From an uncultured Nitrososphaerales archaeon (lineage in GTDB: Archaea > Thermoproteota > Nitrososphaeria > Nitrososphaerales > Gagatemarchaeaceae): a DNA stretch of 64,000 nt. The translations under genes and the position numbers were made by a program. The notes under the pieces were generated by a model, which did no database searches, was not told where the DNA came from, and saw only the letters and a list, made by a program, of their open reading frames with translations. The stretch spans positions 1,376,001 through 1,440,000 of the forward strand of contig OY970160.1 of the NCBI GenBank assembly GCA_963706445.1, read 5' to 3'. Below, one piece after another: positions 18,338-28,663 of the stretch (within the stretch, counting starts at the first letter, position 1; each line of letters begins with the position of its first letter).

Positions 18338-20008
18338 GTGACCGACCCGGATAGCAGGTTCACCCTTTGGGCGTCGTTTTCCAGGGGTTTCAATGCCGGT
18401 TTCATCGTTCTAGTGCTCTGGTTCATAGTTAGGCTCGGGGGGTTGGCGCCCTTCCCTCCTGAGACTGCCCTGGTCTACTTCTTCTCAGTGGTGCCCGCGT
18501 CCATCGAGGAGCCGGCCGTGCAGACGTTGGGAGAGGTCGCAGGCCTCCTAGGACTCTTCGCCGCTATTCTGGCAGCAGCTGGAATCTACGGTCTGCTGTC
18601 GGTTCTCTACGATAGATACTACATTCCAAGGGTAGCCGCGTCCAACTCGCTTTCCAAGCTGGAGAACACCCTGGTCTACTCCCTAGTGCCTTGGGTGATC
18701 TTTGGCGTCTTGGTCCTCCCTCTGACCGGCGCGTACTTCTTCGGCCTAGGGTCGGACTTCGCATCCCCCAGCGTAGTCTGGGTCTTTCCGTTCACTATCC
18801 TAGTCTTCCAGTTGCTCTGGGGCGCCCTGCTTTGGGGGAGGTCCCCCATGCCTTTGGCTCCGACCCCAGCCGTCGGGGCAGGGGATGTCACAGTCGCGGT
18901 CCCGCGCGACCCAGCGAGAAGGACCTTCGTCGAAAGGGCGGTTGTCATAGGAGCCTCTGGGATTCTCGTCCTAGCTAGCCTTGGCTCGGCCTTCGGCGCA
19001 TTTCTGGCGGAGGGAGGGCTACTGGACCTGGGGAGCGAGGCGATACTCCCCGGAACCCCCATCGATACTAGCAACGCACCGGCGATATTCAGCGACCCGC
19101 GTCTCGTCGCTCTGGTGGACTCGGAGGTCACCAATAACGACTCGTTCTATCGGGTGGCTATCGACATCTTCGACCCCAGCGTCGACGTCTCCGCCTGGTC
19201 CCTCGCCCTGACAGGCATGGTGGCCAGCGCGAAGGCATACTCCCTCGCGGGTGTCAAGAACCTGCCGAAGGTCGAGCAGTATGACACATTCATCTGCGTA
19301 AGCGACACGGTCAACGGGAACTTCATCAGCAATGCAAGATGGGGCGGGGTGAGGATCTCCGACTTGCTGGCCGATGCGGGCGGGGCTGCGCCTGGCGCGA
19401 CCTATGTCGTCTTCCACTCTGTTGACGGCTACAGCGTTGGGGTCCCGCTCTCTCGCGCGATGCTCCCCGAAAGCATGCTCGCCTATGAGATGAACGGGGC
19501 TGACCTTCCTCAGAGGCATGGGTACCCCCTGCGGGCGGTGATCCCTGGGCTTTATGGAATGATGAGTGCGAAGTGGGTTCGGCAGGTAGAGTTGACCGAC
19601 GGGACCTACGTGGGGTTCTGGCAGACTAGGGGGTGGTCGAACGACGCCTTGGTGCAGACGGCGTCCTTCATCAGAGTCCCGCAGGACGGGGCGACAGTCA
19701 GTCTTTCGCAGAGTGGTGGCTCGGTCCTCCTAGGAGGGATGGCGTTCGCAGGAGACAGGGGCATATCGAAGGTGGAAGTGAGCGTCGACGGCGGTTCGAC
19801 CTGGCAGCTCGCCACACTCAAACCCCCGGCTTCAGAGCTGACCTGGGTCCTCTGGGCCTTCGAATGGAACCCCCCAAACACAGGGAGCTACGTGGTCTAT
19901 GTCAGGGCCACGGATGGCCAGGCCCAGGTCCAGACGTCCGAACAGGCGGACAGCTTCCCATCGGGCGCTACGGGATACGCGATGTCGTCGGTCAATGTGA
20001 CTTCGTAG
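18338..20008 (+). CDS. membrane-bound sulfite-oxidase-family molybdopterin oxidoreductase
   Basis: Mo-ligand TFICVS, SVDGY, RHGYPLR..PGLYGMMSAKW, C-terminal dimerisation domain (ISKVEVSVDGG); internal RRTF motif; GTG at 18338. Confidence 0.9.
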   Translation: MTDPDSRFTLWASFSRGFNAGFIVLVLWFIVRLGGLAPFPPETALVYFFSVVPASIEEPAVQTLGEVAGLLGLFAAILAAAGIYGLLSVLYDRYYIPRVAASNSLSKLENTLVYSLVPWVIFGVLVLPLTGAYFFGLGSDFASPSVVWVFPFTILVFQLLWGALLWGRSPMPLAPTPAVGAGDVTVAVPRDPARRTFVERAVVIGASGILVLASLGSAFGAFLAEGGLLDLGSEAILPGTPIDTSNAPAIFSDPRLVALVDSEVTNNDSFYRVAIDIFDPSVDVSAWSLALTGMVASAKAYSLAGVKNLPKVEQYDTFICVSDTVNGNFISNARWGGVRISDLLADAGGAAPGATYVVFHSVDGYSVGVPLSRAMLPESMLAYEMNGADLPQRHGYPLRAVIPGLYGMMSAKWVRQVELTDGTYVGFWQTRGWSNDALVQTASFIRVPQDGATVSLSQSGGSVLLGGMAFAGDRGISKVEVSVDGGSTWQLATLKPPASELTWVLWAFEWNPPNTGSYVVYVRATDGQAQVQTSEQADSFPSGATGYAMSSVNVTS

Positions 20009-20020
20009 GCGCGGCCACTG

Positions 20021-20260
20021 CTACATCGGCTGGGGCGCCTGAGACTGGGCCGCCTTCGACTTCGCAGATCCGACCATAGTGGACCAGGCGATCAGGGCCA
20101 GCCCGATGATTGCGACAACCGCCCCGACGTAGATGTAGGTGCTGTTCCCGCTCATCAAGGAGCTTCCCGTAATCACGTTCGCCCCCTGAAGGGCGAAGAC
20201 GATGCCCGCCAGCAGGAAGAGGATTCCGACCACCAGCAAGGCAAGCTTTCTGGAGTTCAA
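20021..20260 (-). CDS. small two-TM hypothetical protein
   Basis: LLAGIVFALQG...GSSLMSG...two hydrophobic helices; TTG at 20260 assumed. Confidence 0.6.
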   Translation of the reverse strand: MNSRKLALLVVGILFLLAGIVFALQGANVITGSSLMSGNSTYIYVGAVVAIIGLALIAWSTMVGSAKSKAAQSQAPQPM

Positions 20261-20351
20261 GAAGGAAAGCCTCGTCAGCCTCACAATTAACGATTTTCCA
20301 AGTAGGGAATCGTCTCCGTTGATTAAATAAGCCAAGGGAGGAGCGTGGCCT

Positions 20352-20621
20352 ATGGCGTCCGAAGACATGAAGCAAGGTGGCCCCTGGTACCCGGACTGGG
20401 AGCACAGCAGGCCGTTGGGAGGCATCGTATTGACGATGCTTGCCATCATCGCGTGGCTCGTCTTCATCCTCCTCTTCGCACTATACTGGTCAGGCGGGTT
20501 CGACCTGTTCCAGGACATAGTGGTGGTAATAGTCTCACTTGGAATTACGGGCCTGGTGATAGGGCTAGGCTGGGTCGTCTGGGGCTTCAGGCACATGAAG
20601 AACTGGAAGAGCTCGAGCTAG
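20352..20621 (+). CDS. small two-TM hypothetical protein
   Basis: TATA (TTAAATA) and GGAGGAG upstream; two TM helices. Confidence 0.65.
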   Translation: MASEDMKQGGPWYPDWEHSRPLGGIVLTMLAIIAWLVFILLFALYWSGGFDLFQDIVVVIVSLGITGLVIGLGWVVWGFRHMKNWKSSS

Positions 20622-20661
20622 GTCAAGAAAATCTTCACGGCGCCCTCCCTTCTCGGGCCGC

Positions 20662-21711
20662 TCACTTGACGTAGAGCGCAGCGAACTTCGTGTAGGCTTC
20701 CTCGTAGTGCATTGGCTTGGGAGGGGACTTGAACCCATAGGCGCTTATTTCGTTCACAGTGCCGAGCCTCCCCACCTTCATGCACCGGTAGGTGGCCCGG
20801 ATTACATCGAGGAGCACGTTGGCTGCGTTCGCCCCGTCGGAGGACCGGAGGTGGATGTCCACAGATATTCCGCTGTCCATGAATGTGGACCCCTCGAACC
20901 AGAAGTAGCTCGTCCTGTCGTTCCCCATGTAGTCTACGTAGTCCGTCGTGCCTGCGATTGTCTCGAACTTGTAAGGGACCTCCGAGGCGACGGTCGTCGT
21001 CTTCACCTCCCGCTTCGCCATCTTGATGCCTTCGTCAATGGTGTTCAGGGTCTCCGACCCGCCGCCGACGTCCAGCTGGTAGCTCTTCGAGACCTTGATC
21101 CCGCGCTTGACCATGAGGCTGAGGAGGCCCTTGTGGAATACTGTCCCTCCGAACTGGCTCATGAGGTCGTCACCTATGAGCGGGAGCTTGGCCTTCTGGA
21201 AGTCAGCGCTCAGCTTGTTGTTCCTGAGGACGAGCGAAGGGGTGCAGTTGATGTAGGCGCACCCCGCCTTCAGGGCAGACCTGGCGTACTCCTCGGAGGA
21301 CGCGGCCGTCCCGGACGAGATCAGGTTCAGCAAAACCTCCGCTCCCGACTCTTCGAGTCGCTTTGCAACGTCGTCGGACCCTGCCTTTGACAGCTTTTCG
21401 TTCCTCAAGTGAGGGGCCGTGTCTCCCTTCGAGATGCCTGGGTCCACCATCACCTTGGTCTTAGGGAGCGAGATGTACCGGTGCGCTACGTTCGGGGGGG
21501 CGAAGGCCGCCTTCGAAAGCTCTAAGCCTACCTTTCTACTGTCGACGTCGAACGCGGCCACGATCTGGAGGTCCTTCGGCTTGAGCCCGGCGACGTTCGG
21601 GTGCCAGAGCCCCCTTCTCTCGTCCCCGGAGTAGAACCTGAGGCCCTGGATGAAGACAGAGGCACAGTTGCCCACACCAACCAGGGCGATCTTGACCGCC
21701 AAGCCTGTCAC
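20662..21711 (-). CDS. ino1: myo-inositol-1-phosphate synthase
   Basis: VGVGNCAS, VAAFDVD, LIGDD, YGFKSPP. Confidence 0.9.
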   Translation of the reverse strand: MTGLAVKIALVGVGNCASVFIQGLRFYSGDERRGLWHPNVAGLKPKDLQIVAAFDVDSRKVGLELSKAAFAPPNVAHRYISLPKTKVMVDPGISKGDTAPHLRNEKLSKAGSDDVAKRLEESGAEVLLNLISSGTAASSEEYARSALKAGCAYINCTPSLVLRNNKLSADFQKAKLPLIGDDLMSQFGGTVFHKGLLSLMVKRGIKVSKSYQLDVGGGSETLNTIDEGIKMAKREVKTTTVASEVPYKFETIAGTTDYVDYMGNDRTSYFWFEGSTFMDSGISVDIHLRSSDGANAANVLLDVIRATYRCMKVGRLGTVNEISAYGFKSPPKPMHYEEAYTKFAALYVK

Positions 21712-21917
21712 TTGAACTTCGCGAATGTCGCGAGGAGGCCCACGCCGGAGAGGAGGAGGCCCAGTCCGTAGTTGACCGTTATGATGATTGGGTCTATTCC
21801 CTGGCCGGTCGCGTTCGAGTACGTGAAATAGACCAGCGCCAGGCCGAAGAGGAGGACCACGACCCCGAGCATCCGCACGAGGGCGTCCACCCTTGACTGC
21901 TGGGCTTCTACGGTCAT
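21708..21917 (-). CDS. small membrane protein
   Basis: Two TM helices; stop overlaps the ino1 start (GTGA). Confidence 0.6.
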   Translation of the reverse strand: MTVEAQQSRVDALVRMLGVVVLLFGLALVYFTYSNATGQGIDPIIITVNYGLGLLLSGVGLLATFAKFK

Positions 21918-21992
21918 GTTGGTTTTCAGGGCAAATGGCGCAGGGTATTTAGCGGTTATTCGCCGTGAGAGGGGCCCGTCGTCGGTGGAGGC

Positions 21993-23123
21993 TCAGGCGC
22001 TCTTCATGAGCTCGAGCTTCTCCGGCAGGTACTTGTCGACGATGTAGCTCAGGCCGTACCTTGCGAAGGCCTCCTGCTCGCTCTTGCGCTTGTATTTCAG
22101 GAAGGTCTCAAGCTCGTCGTGCCACATCTTCTCGGTGTAACGGGGGTCGGCCTTCAGCTCGTAGAGCCTCTTGATGTCGACGTCTGTCAGTTTGTCGGAG
22201 GGGAGTTTGTACTTCTGGATGTCGCTCGCCCAGACCCCCAGCCAGACGGCTTCGGGGGTGGTCAGCTCTCTGAGGTGGGCCGCGTTGGCGGACCCGGACT
22301 TTATGACCATCGCGATGTGCGCTCCCCAGGGGTCGGCGTCACAGAGGATGCCCACGGGGAGCCCGAGTTCCTGGTTCAACCGCCGAATCAGATAGCGCGT
22401 CGACCGCGGGGGCTGGCCCGCGGTGTTGATCAGTATCGCCTTGTATTTCTCGTGGACCCTCTCTTCGGTGAACCGTGTGAATAGGCCGCCCTTCTCGATG
22501 GCGAGGACCATCTCGGCGTCCGTGTCCCTGAACTCCGCGGTCGTGAGCGCCGGCCCGATCATGACCCCGTCCGGGTTGGCCGAGAGGTCGGCGGTCCTTC
22601 CCTCGTAGCCAGGCACCGTGTACTCGATTGTCATGTTCCCAAAGATGGCGCTTCTCTCTTCGGGGTAGATGTTCATCCCCTCCCGGGCCATGGCCATCAG
22701 GACCTCGAGGTCGGTGATCAGTTCGTCCGACTCCGCCTGATCCTGGAACTCGACGTTGAACGCCTGGGCTGAATAGAAGACGTCTCTGAGGGTCGACGTT
22801 CGCTTCTCGTCGACTAGTTTCTTAGCGAAATAGGCCAGCCAGACCAGCTGAGTGAATGGGCGGATGTGCTTGATGTTCCCTGAGGACTTCTTGACGGTGG
22901 TCGCGCCCAGGATGAACTGCTGAAGCTTCTTGTCGTAGACTATGTTCCTCACGGAACGGCTCGCCAGGGTCAGGCTCGGGAAACGGCCGGAGTCCAAGTC
23001 GTTGTAGACGCTTCCTCCAAGGTCCTTCAGGAGGCCCTGGACGACGGCCTGCCTAGTCTCCACCGTACTTGTCGATTGTTTCTTGGTCACTTTCTTCTTG
23101 CTTGGCATTTTCTCCTGCCTCAC
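21993..23123 (-). CDS. top6A: DNA topoisomerase VI subunit A (start possibly ATG 23108)
   Basis: TLRDVFYS (catalytic Tyr), IEKGG, DADPWG, KSEQEA. Confidence 0.96.
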   Translation of the reverse strand: MRQEKMPSKKKVTKKQSTSTVETRQAVVQGLLKDLGGSVYNDLDSGRFPSLTLASRSVRNIVYDKKLQQFILGATTVKKSSGNIKHIRPFTQLVWLAYFAKKLVDEKRTSTLRDVFYSAQAFNVEFQDQAESDELITDLEVLMAMAREGMNIYPEERSAIFGNMTIEYTVPGYEGRTADLSANPDGVMIGPALTTAEFRDTDAEMVLAIEKGGLFTRFTEERVHEKYKAILINTAGQPPRSTRYLIRRLNQELGLPVGILCDADPWGAHIAMVIKSGSANAAHLRELTTPEAVWLGVWASDIQKYKLPSDKLTDVDIKRLYELKADPRYTEKMWHDELETFLKYKRKSEQEAFARYGLSYIVDKYLPEKLELMKSA

Positions 23124-24690
23124 CTTCTACGGTGGTCTGCTCGGCCTCGACCGGAACTTCAGCCTCTTCTTCGGGGACCTCGCCCTCTTCGCCTATGAGC
23201 GGTTTGTAGTTCGGGAGGTCCTTCCTGCCGGCGAGCTCGGTCGAGAACTGCGCTATCAGAGGGAGGTACTTCCCGTAGATGTTTATCTTCCGTTGGACGG
23301 CCTCCATGCTCCCCTTCCTCGACAGGAAGATCCCGAGCTGCCTCAGGGCCTCCCTGGCTGCGTTGCGAATCTCTCTCTGGATCTCGGGCCTGTCGGCGAT
23401 ATACTCCTTGCCGACCGTCTTGTAGGGGATCCTTGTGGAGCAGATGTGCGTGATCACCCCGACCGGCGCGTCGGGAGGGACGTGGTATCTCCGCCAGTCA
23501 ACCTCCTCGTTGAGGACCTCGAAGCTGACGTCGCTGCTCTCGTCATAGAGCAGGGGGATGCGGTTGGCGAACCTGAAGAGCTTGACCCCCGGCTGGAGGA
23601 CCTTACCTCCGTAGGCGACTCCCACTTCGACCAGAAATGGGAACCCGGAGTAGGACGAGGGGGGCCTGGTAACTACTGTGGAGAACTCGGGGCCGAGCTC
23701 TTTGTTGATTCCCGTCATGAGGATGTCCTTCCCGATGGGGGAGAGGACCGCGGCGTCCGGCTGCAGGAAGTCGGGGAAGCGCTGGAGTGCATCTACGACA
23801 GCGACGATCTGGTTGGTGTTCAGCCTCTTCGGGGGGAGCTTCGGGCTGACCCCTGCGAACTCCAGGAACTTCGTAGCAATCTTATCCCCGACCCTGTGGA
23901 AGTGCGTCACCATGAACGACTTCATGTCGTGCTCCTCGGAGAGCTTGACTATGCGCTTGAACGCCTCCACGTCGACCCCGTAGGGGTGGGGGAGAGTCTC
24001 CTTCGGCGGGACCGGCATGGCGGTGGTCGCCCGCTCGTAGAAGGTGATCTGGCCCAGAGGGTCGACGAAGGTCAGGTTGGCGTAGCTCGCGACCATGGCT
24101 GTCTGCTTGAAGTAGTCGCCTATCTTCTGAGACGCGCGAAGGTAGTCCCCTTCGAGGACGATGTCGACCCTGGTCCCCGTGGTCCCGTTTGCGTTTGTGT
24201 TGAACCTCTTGAGGACAGTGGGCCTGTTCTCGCCTATGTCTATCATCATCTGGAAACCGTACCTGCGCTTCCCGTCAGGGGAAGTGGTGATCGTCACAGG
24301 TCTGTTGGTGGTGATCTGGCCGTAGAGTATCGCCATGGTCCCGCCGAGGCCGAACATCCCGCGCGACTGTCTGAGGACGTACTTTGAGCCGTAGAACACC
24401 TTCCCGAAGGCGCTGGGGACGTGCTGTGGTGCGACCCCCGTCCCGTTGTCGATCACGCTCAGCCTGTAGGGTTTCGGGTCGGGTACCTCGGGGTTGGGAT
24501 TGTCGGCGACGATCCTGATGTAGACGTCAGGCCTTATCCCTGCCATTTCAGCGGAGTCGAGGGAGTTCTCCACGAGCTCCCTGACCGCCATGTAGAGGGC
24601 GCGGGCAGGATTGGTGAACCCCGCCAGGTCGCGATTGCGGTAGAAGAACTCCGATGGTGAAATTTCAGCGAATGTAGTCTCGCTACTCAA
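23053..24690 (-). CDS. top6B: DNA topoisomerase VI subunit B
   Basis: RELVENSLDS, DNGTG, QSRGMFGLG, RFANRIPLLYD. Confidence 0.97.
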   Translation of the reverse strand: MSSETTFAEISPSEFFYRNRDLAGFTNPARALYMAVRELVENSLDSAEMAGIRPDVYIRIVADNPNPEVPDPKPYRLSVIDNGTGVAPQHVPSAFGKVFYGSKYVLRQSRGMFGLGGTMAILYGQITTNRPVTITTSPDGKRRYGFQMMIDIGENRPTVLKRFNTNANGTTGTRVDIVLEGDYLRASQKIGDYFKQTAMVASYANLTFVDPLGQITFYERATTAMPVPPKETLPHPYGVDVEAFKRIVKLSEEHDMKSFMVTHFHRVGDKIATKFLEFAGVSPKLPPKRLNTNQIVAVVDALQRFPDFLQPDAAVLSPIGKDILMTGINKELGPEFSTVVTRPPSSYSGFPFLVEVGVAYGGKVLQPGVKLFRFANRIPLLYDESSDVSFEVLNEEVDWRRYHVPPDAPVGVITHICSTRIPYKTVGKEYIADRPEIQREIRNAAREALRQLGIFLSRKGSMEAVQRKINIYGKYLPLIAQFSTELAGRKDLPNYKPLIGEEGEVPEEEAEVPVEAEQTTVEGEAGENAKQEESDQETIDKYGGD

Positions 24691-24801
24691 TGCGCGTCCC
24701 CTCCAAATCGAAAGTCAGCGGCAAATTTCCCATTCGAATTATTTCCTTTTTGTACGGCCCGGTTCCCCGCGGCGTTGGTATCGGCGGAGAGGGGATATAT
24801 G

Positions 24802-25401
24802 CTAAGACCCCAATTTTCGTAGTTTTTCCTCGATGTTCTCCGGGGATGTGCCTTCCCAGAGGAACATCCTCTCCATTTTCCGCTTGGTCCTCGCCTTCTG
24901 GAGGGTGGTGTAGACAGTCTTGTGCTGGCTCCCGGTGGCGAGGGACCTTACGGCGTCCGACGCGAGTCTGACCTCGTCAGCCTCCCCGATGATCGCCACT
25001 GTCCTCCCGAAGATCGAGAGGTAGCAGTCGGTGAGCTCCTCTATGACCCTCCTCGATTTTCCCTTGAGCCCGATGACCCGGCCTCGGATCCTTTCGAGGG
25101 AGTTCGCACTCCTCCCTGCGTAGTCCCTCAGGTCGATGACTTCGAGGACCGTCCCGTCGTCCAGCAGGCGCCTGGCCCTCTGGGGGGAGAAGCCGCGCCC
25201 GATGGCCTCAATGACCCTGGTGGCCGAGAACGGATCGGTCTTCAGGGCCGAATCCCCTTTCACGGTGACGAGGCCTTCCTTGCTGTCGACGTTCAGCTTG
25301 ACCCCCATCTCTTCTTCGAGGAACTTCTTGGTGCCACCCTCCTTGCCTATGACCGCACCCACCCTTTCGACCGGTATCCTGACGACCTGTTCGAAGCTCA
25401 T
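24802..25401 (-). CDS. KH-domain ribosome biogenesis protein (Dim2/Pno1)
   Basis: GAVIGKEG, AIGRGFSP, RGRVIGLKG; co-located with rio1. Confidence 0.92.
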   Translation of the reverse strand: MSFEQVVRIPVERVGAVIGKEGGTKKFLEEEMGVKLNVDSKEGLVTVKGDSALKTDPFSATRVIEAIGRGFSPQRARRLLDDGTVLEVIDLRDYAGRSANSLERIRGRVIGLKGKSRRVIEELTDCYLSIFGRTVAIIGEADEVRLASDAVRSLATGSQHKTVYTTLQKARTKRKMERMFLWEGTSPENIEEKLRKLGS

Positions 25402-26171
25402 TTCAACAACTTCTCCATGATAGAATCTGCGTCATCCCGGGTGATTCCCCGCTTCCTAAAGAACCTGACCATGTTCGAAACGTCTCTTTTCAGGAACTCC
25501 ACGGCCTGGGGGTGGGAGGATAGGACAGCAGATCCCATGTCGAATAGGACCCTCTCCGTTTCGGTCTTGAAGACGTTGAATTCAGACAGATCTGCGTGCA
25601 CCAGCTTCCCCCCCTTCCAAAGCTTCCGGATGGTTTCGAAGGTCCAATCGTAGTCCCCCTCGTCGACCTCTGCCTCTTTGAACGTAAGGGCGGGCTGGGG
25701 CGGAACCCCGATGTACTCCATGATCAGGATGTTCTTGAGGAATGCGATCGGCTTCGGCACCCGGACGCCTGCGCTGTCTGCTATCTGCAGGTTCTTGAAC
25801 TCCTTCCGAGTCCAGAGATAGATGGTCTCCCGGGAGCCCGACGGCAGCTTCCCGAACCGCCTGTCCCCGGCGATGTACCCCATCCGCTTGCGGAAATCCG
25901 AGGCCGAGATGAGGTAAATCTTGACTGCGACGGGGTTCCCCTGCCTGTCCTCCCCGAAGTAGACGCTGGCCTCCTTCCCTGAGTTGACGACCCCGTTCAG
26001 CTCTGCGAGGTCCTTCCGGGCGACTAGTTCCTCAACGGCAAGCAGGGTAGCCCGGTCGAAGACCCCCTCGATGACCTTCCTCTGGTCGGAGTCCTTCCTC
26101 AGGTATCTGTTCTCCCTATCGGATCGGAGGAGCCTTTCACTCAGCTTCCTTGAATCGTCGTCCTCGGCCAC
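25398..26171 (-). CDS. rio1: RIO1-type serine/threonine kinase
   Basis: SGKEASVY, AVKIY, KEFKNL, LVHADLSEFN. Confidence 0.93.
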   Translation of the reverse strand: MAEDDDSRKLSERLLRSDRENRYLRKDSDQRKVIEGVFDRATLLAVEELVARKDLAELNGVVNSGKEASVYFGEDRQGNPVAVKIYLISASDFRKRMGYIAGDRRFGKLPSGSRETIYLWTRKEFKNLQIADSAGVRVPKPIAFLKNILIMEYIGVPPQPALTFKEAEVDEGDYDWTFETIRKLWKGGKLVHADLSEFNVFKTETERVLFDMGSAVLSSHPQAVEFLKRDVSNMVRFFRKRGITRDDADSIMEKLLK

Positions 26172-26225
26172 GCGAGGCCCAATTCTCCTGAAAATTTATA
26201 CCTATGAGGCCAACCGTGGAAAATC

Positions 26226-26801
26226 GTGGTCAAGGCGCAAGGAGAGAGTAGAATGGAGACGAAGGGGAGCAAAGAAGTGGAGGAAAAGCCGGAGGACGAA
26301 GCGGAGGCTCTGAAACAGGAGCTTGCCGAGCTAAGGAAGCGCAACGAGGACCTGCTGACGCGTCTGAAGTACATGCAGGCAGACATGGAGAACTACAGGA
26401 AAAGGATGGACAAAGAACTCAAGGACGCGGGGGAGTCCTTGGCAAAGGGCCTGTTGGCTAGGCTGCTGGTGGTCCAGGACGAGCTCGACCTGGCGGCGAA
26501 GCACGCGGAAGAGGAGGGGCGGGAGGGCGACGCCCTGAAGGAGGGAATCGCCATGGTCAGGAGGAACCTCCAGACTGCGATGGAGTCGGTCGGGCTTGAA
26601 AGGATCGAGTCCGTCGGGAAGCCCTTCGACCCAGCGTTCCACGAAGCCGTCGAGAAGGTCCAGGGGGACTCCAAGGTGAAGGACACCGTGGTCGAGGAGA
26701 TCCGGCCCGGGTTCACGTTCAGGGGGACGCTGCTCAGACCGAGTATGGTAAAGGTTCAATTGGCATCCAAGGCGCCCAAGGAGGAGATGGAAGATGAGTA
26801 G
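26226..26801 (+). CDS. grpE: nucleotide exchange factor GrpE
   Basis: [27 protein letters not shown]. Confidence 0.95.
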   Translation: MVKAQGESRMETKGSKEVEEKPEDEAEALKQELAELRKRNEDLLTRLKYMQADMENYRKRMDKELKDAGESLAKGLLARLLVVQDELDLAAKHAEEEGREGDALKEGIAMVRRNLQTAMESVGLERIESVGKPFDPAFHEAVEKVQGDSKVKDTVVEEIRPGFTFRGTLLRPSMVKVQLASKAPKEEMEDE

Positions 26802-28650
26802 CGCGAGGGAGAAGATAATCGGGATAGACCTCGGCACCACCAACTCCGCCGCGGCCGTGGTGGAGGCGGGGAGGCCCGTGGTCATACCAAGTGCCGAGGG
26901 GGCGACGCCCGCCGGGAAGATGTTCCCGTCTGTGGTGGCGTTCACCAAGGACGGCCAGCTGCTGGTGGGAGACCCAGCCAGGAGGCAGGTGGTGACGAAC
27001 CCCGACGGGACGATATTCGAGATAAAGAGGAAGATGGGGACGGACCATCGGGTCAGCCTTAACGGCAAAGACTACTCCCCGGAGCAGTTGAGCTCCTACA
27101 TCCTCCAGAAGATCAAGCACGACGCGGAGGTCTTCCTCGGGTACCCAGTGAAGAAGGCGGTCATCACGGTCCCGGCTCACTTCAACGACAACCAGAGGCA
27201 GGCGACCAAGGACGCAGGAGAGATCGCGGGGCTCGATGTGGTACGCATCATCAACGAGCCGACTGCTGCCTCCCTCGCCTACGGGCTGGACAAGTCTGAT
27301 AAGGAGATGAAGATCCTCGTGTTCAGCTTCGGCGGAGGGACCCACGACGCGACGATAATGGAGTTCGGGAAGGGGGTCTTCCAGGTACTTGCGACCTCAG
27401 GGGATACGCAGACCGGCGGGACGGACATCGACAGGGTCATCATCCAGGTCCTCCTCGACGACTTCCGCTCGAAGACAGGCATCGATCTTTCGTCGGACAG
27501 GACGGCGATGGCCAGGCTCAAGGAGGCCGCTGAGCAGGCTAAGATCCAGCTTTCGAACCTCACTTCGACCGACGTCGACCTCCCGTTCATCGCGAGCGAC
27601 TCCGCGGGGCCGAAAAACCTCCACTACACATTGACGAGGACGAAGCTCGAGGAGGTTTCGAGGCCCATCGTATCGAAGACCGAGAACACCATCAGGAAGG
27701 TCATGAGCGACGCCAAGCTGACGCCCGACCAGGTGGACAAGGTAATACTCATCGGAGGGATGACCAGGATGCCGCTGGTACGGAAGTTCGTCGAAGATGT
27801 CGCAGGCAAGCCCGCCGAAAGGGGGGTCGACCCGATGGAGGCGGTCGCCATCGGCGCGGCCATCCAGGGGGCTGTCCTGGCGGGGGAGATCAAGGACATA
27901 CTCCTGCTTGACGTGACTCCGTTGTCGCTGGGGGTCGAGACCCTCGGGGGGATCACAGAGCACCTGATAGAGAAGAACGCCACCATCCCCACGAAGCGGA
28001 GCAAGACGTTCACGACGGCGGCGGATATGCAGACGGCCGTCACGATTCATGTGGTGCAGGGGGAGAGGAGCATGGCGGGGGACAACGTCTCTCTCGGGAT
28101 GTTCAACCTGTCAGGGATACCTGCGGCGCCGAGGGGGGTACCTCAGATTGAGGTGACCTTCGACATAGATGCCAACGGCATACTGACCGTGGGCGCCAAG
28201 GATCTGGGAACGGGGAGGGAGAACAAGATCACAATCACAGCTTCGACGAAGCTCTCTAAGGAAGAGAAGGAGAGACTCATCAAGGACGCCGACTCGTTCT
28301 CGGACCAGGACAAGAAGAAGAGGGAGGAGGCGGAGCTGAGGAACGAGGCTGACTCCATACTTTACACCAGCGAGCGGACAAGGCGGGACCTGGAAGGCAA
28401 GGTCGACAAGGCGAGCCTCGACCGAGTGGATGCGGCCGCCAAGGATCTCAGGACGGCCCTCGGAGGGCAGGACGTCACCCAAATCAGGGACAAGAACGAG
28501 GCCCTCAAGAAGGTGCTTCAGGAGGTCGGAGCATCGGTGTATCAGCAGGCACAGAAGCAGCAGGCTCCGGGTCAGGCCCCACCAGGGGGAGCAGGAGACG
28601 GGTCGAATGTCAGCGATGCTGACTATAAGGTAGTGGACGAAGGGAAGTAG
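26794..28650 (+). CDS. dnaK: chaperone DnaK
   Basis: [44 protein letters not shown]. Confidence 0.98.
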   Translation: MSSAREKIIGIDLGTTNSAAAVVEAGRPVVIPSAEGATPAGKMFPSVVAFTKDGQLLVGDPARRQVVTNPDGTIFEIKRKMGTDHRVSLNGKDYSPEQLSSYILQKIKHDAEVFLGYPVKKAVITVPAHFNDNQRQATKDAGEIAGLDVVRIINEPTAASLAYGLDKSDKEMKILVFSFGGGTHDATIMEFGKGVFQVLATSGDTQTGGTDIDRVIIQVLLDDFRSKTGIDLSSDRTAMARLKEAAEQAKIQLSNLTSTDVDLPFIASDSAGPKNLHYTLTRTKLEEVSRPIVSKTENTIRKVMSDAKLTPDQVDKVILIGGMTRMPLVRKFVEDVAGKPAERGVDPMEAVAIGAAIQGAVLAGEIKDILLLDVTPLSLGVETLGGITEHLIEKNATIPTKRSKTFTTAADMQTAVTIHVVQGERSMAGDNVSLGMFNLSGIPAAPRGVPQIEVTFDIDANGILTVGAKDLGTGRENKITITASTKLSKEEKERLIKDADSFSDQDKKKREEAELRNEADSILYTSERTRRDLEGKVDKASLDRVDAAAKDLRTALGGQDVTQIRDKNEALKKVLQEVGASVYQQAQKQQAPGQAPPGGAGDGSNVSDADYKVVDEGK

Positions 28651-28663
28651 GGAGGTCGCGGAC

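Noticed and set aside
23083-24387. Long antisense or alternative-frame ORFs (e.g. 23083-24387, 33122-34204, 35372-36463, 42695-43807, 45616-46644)
   Set aside because: Shadow ORFs expected from GC-rich codon bias within or opposite well-supported genes; no motifs.
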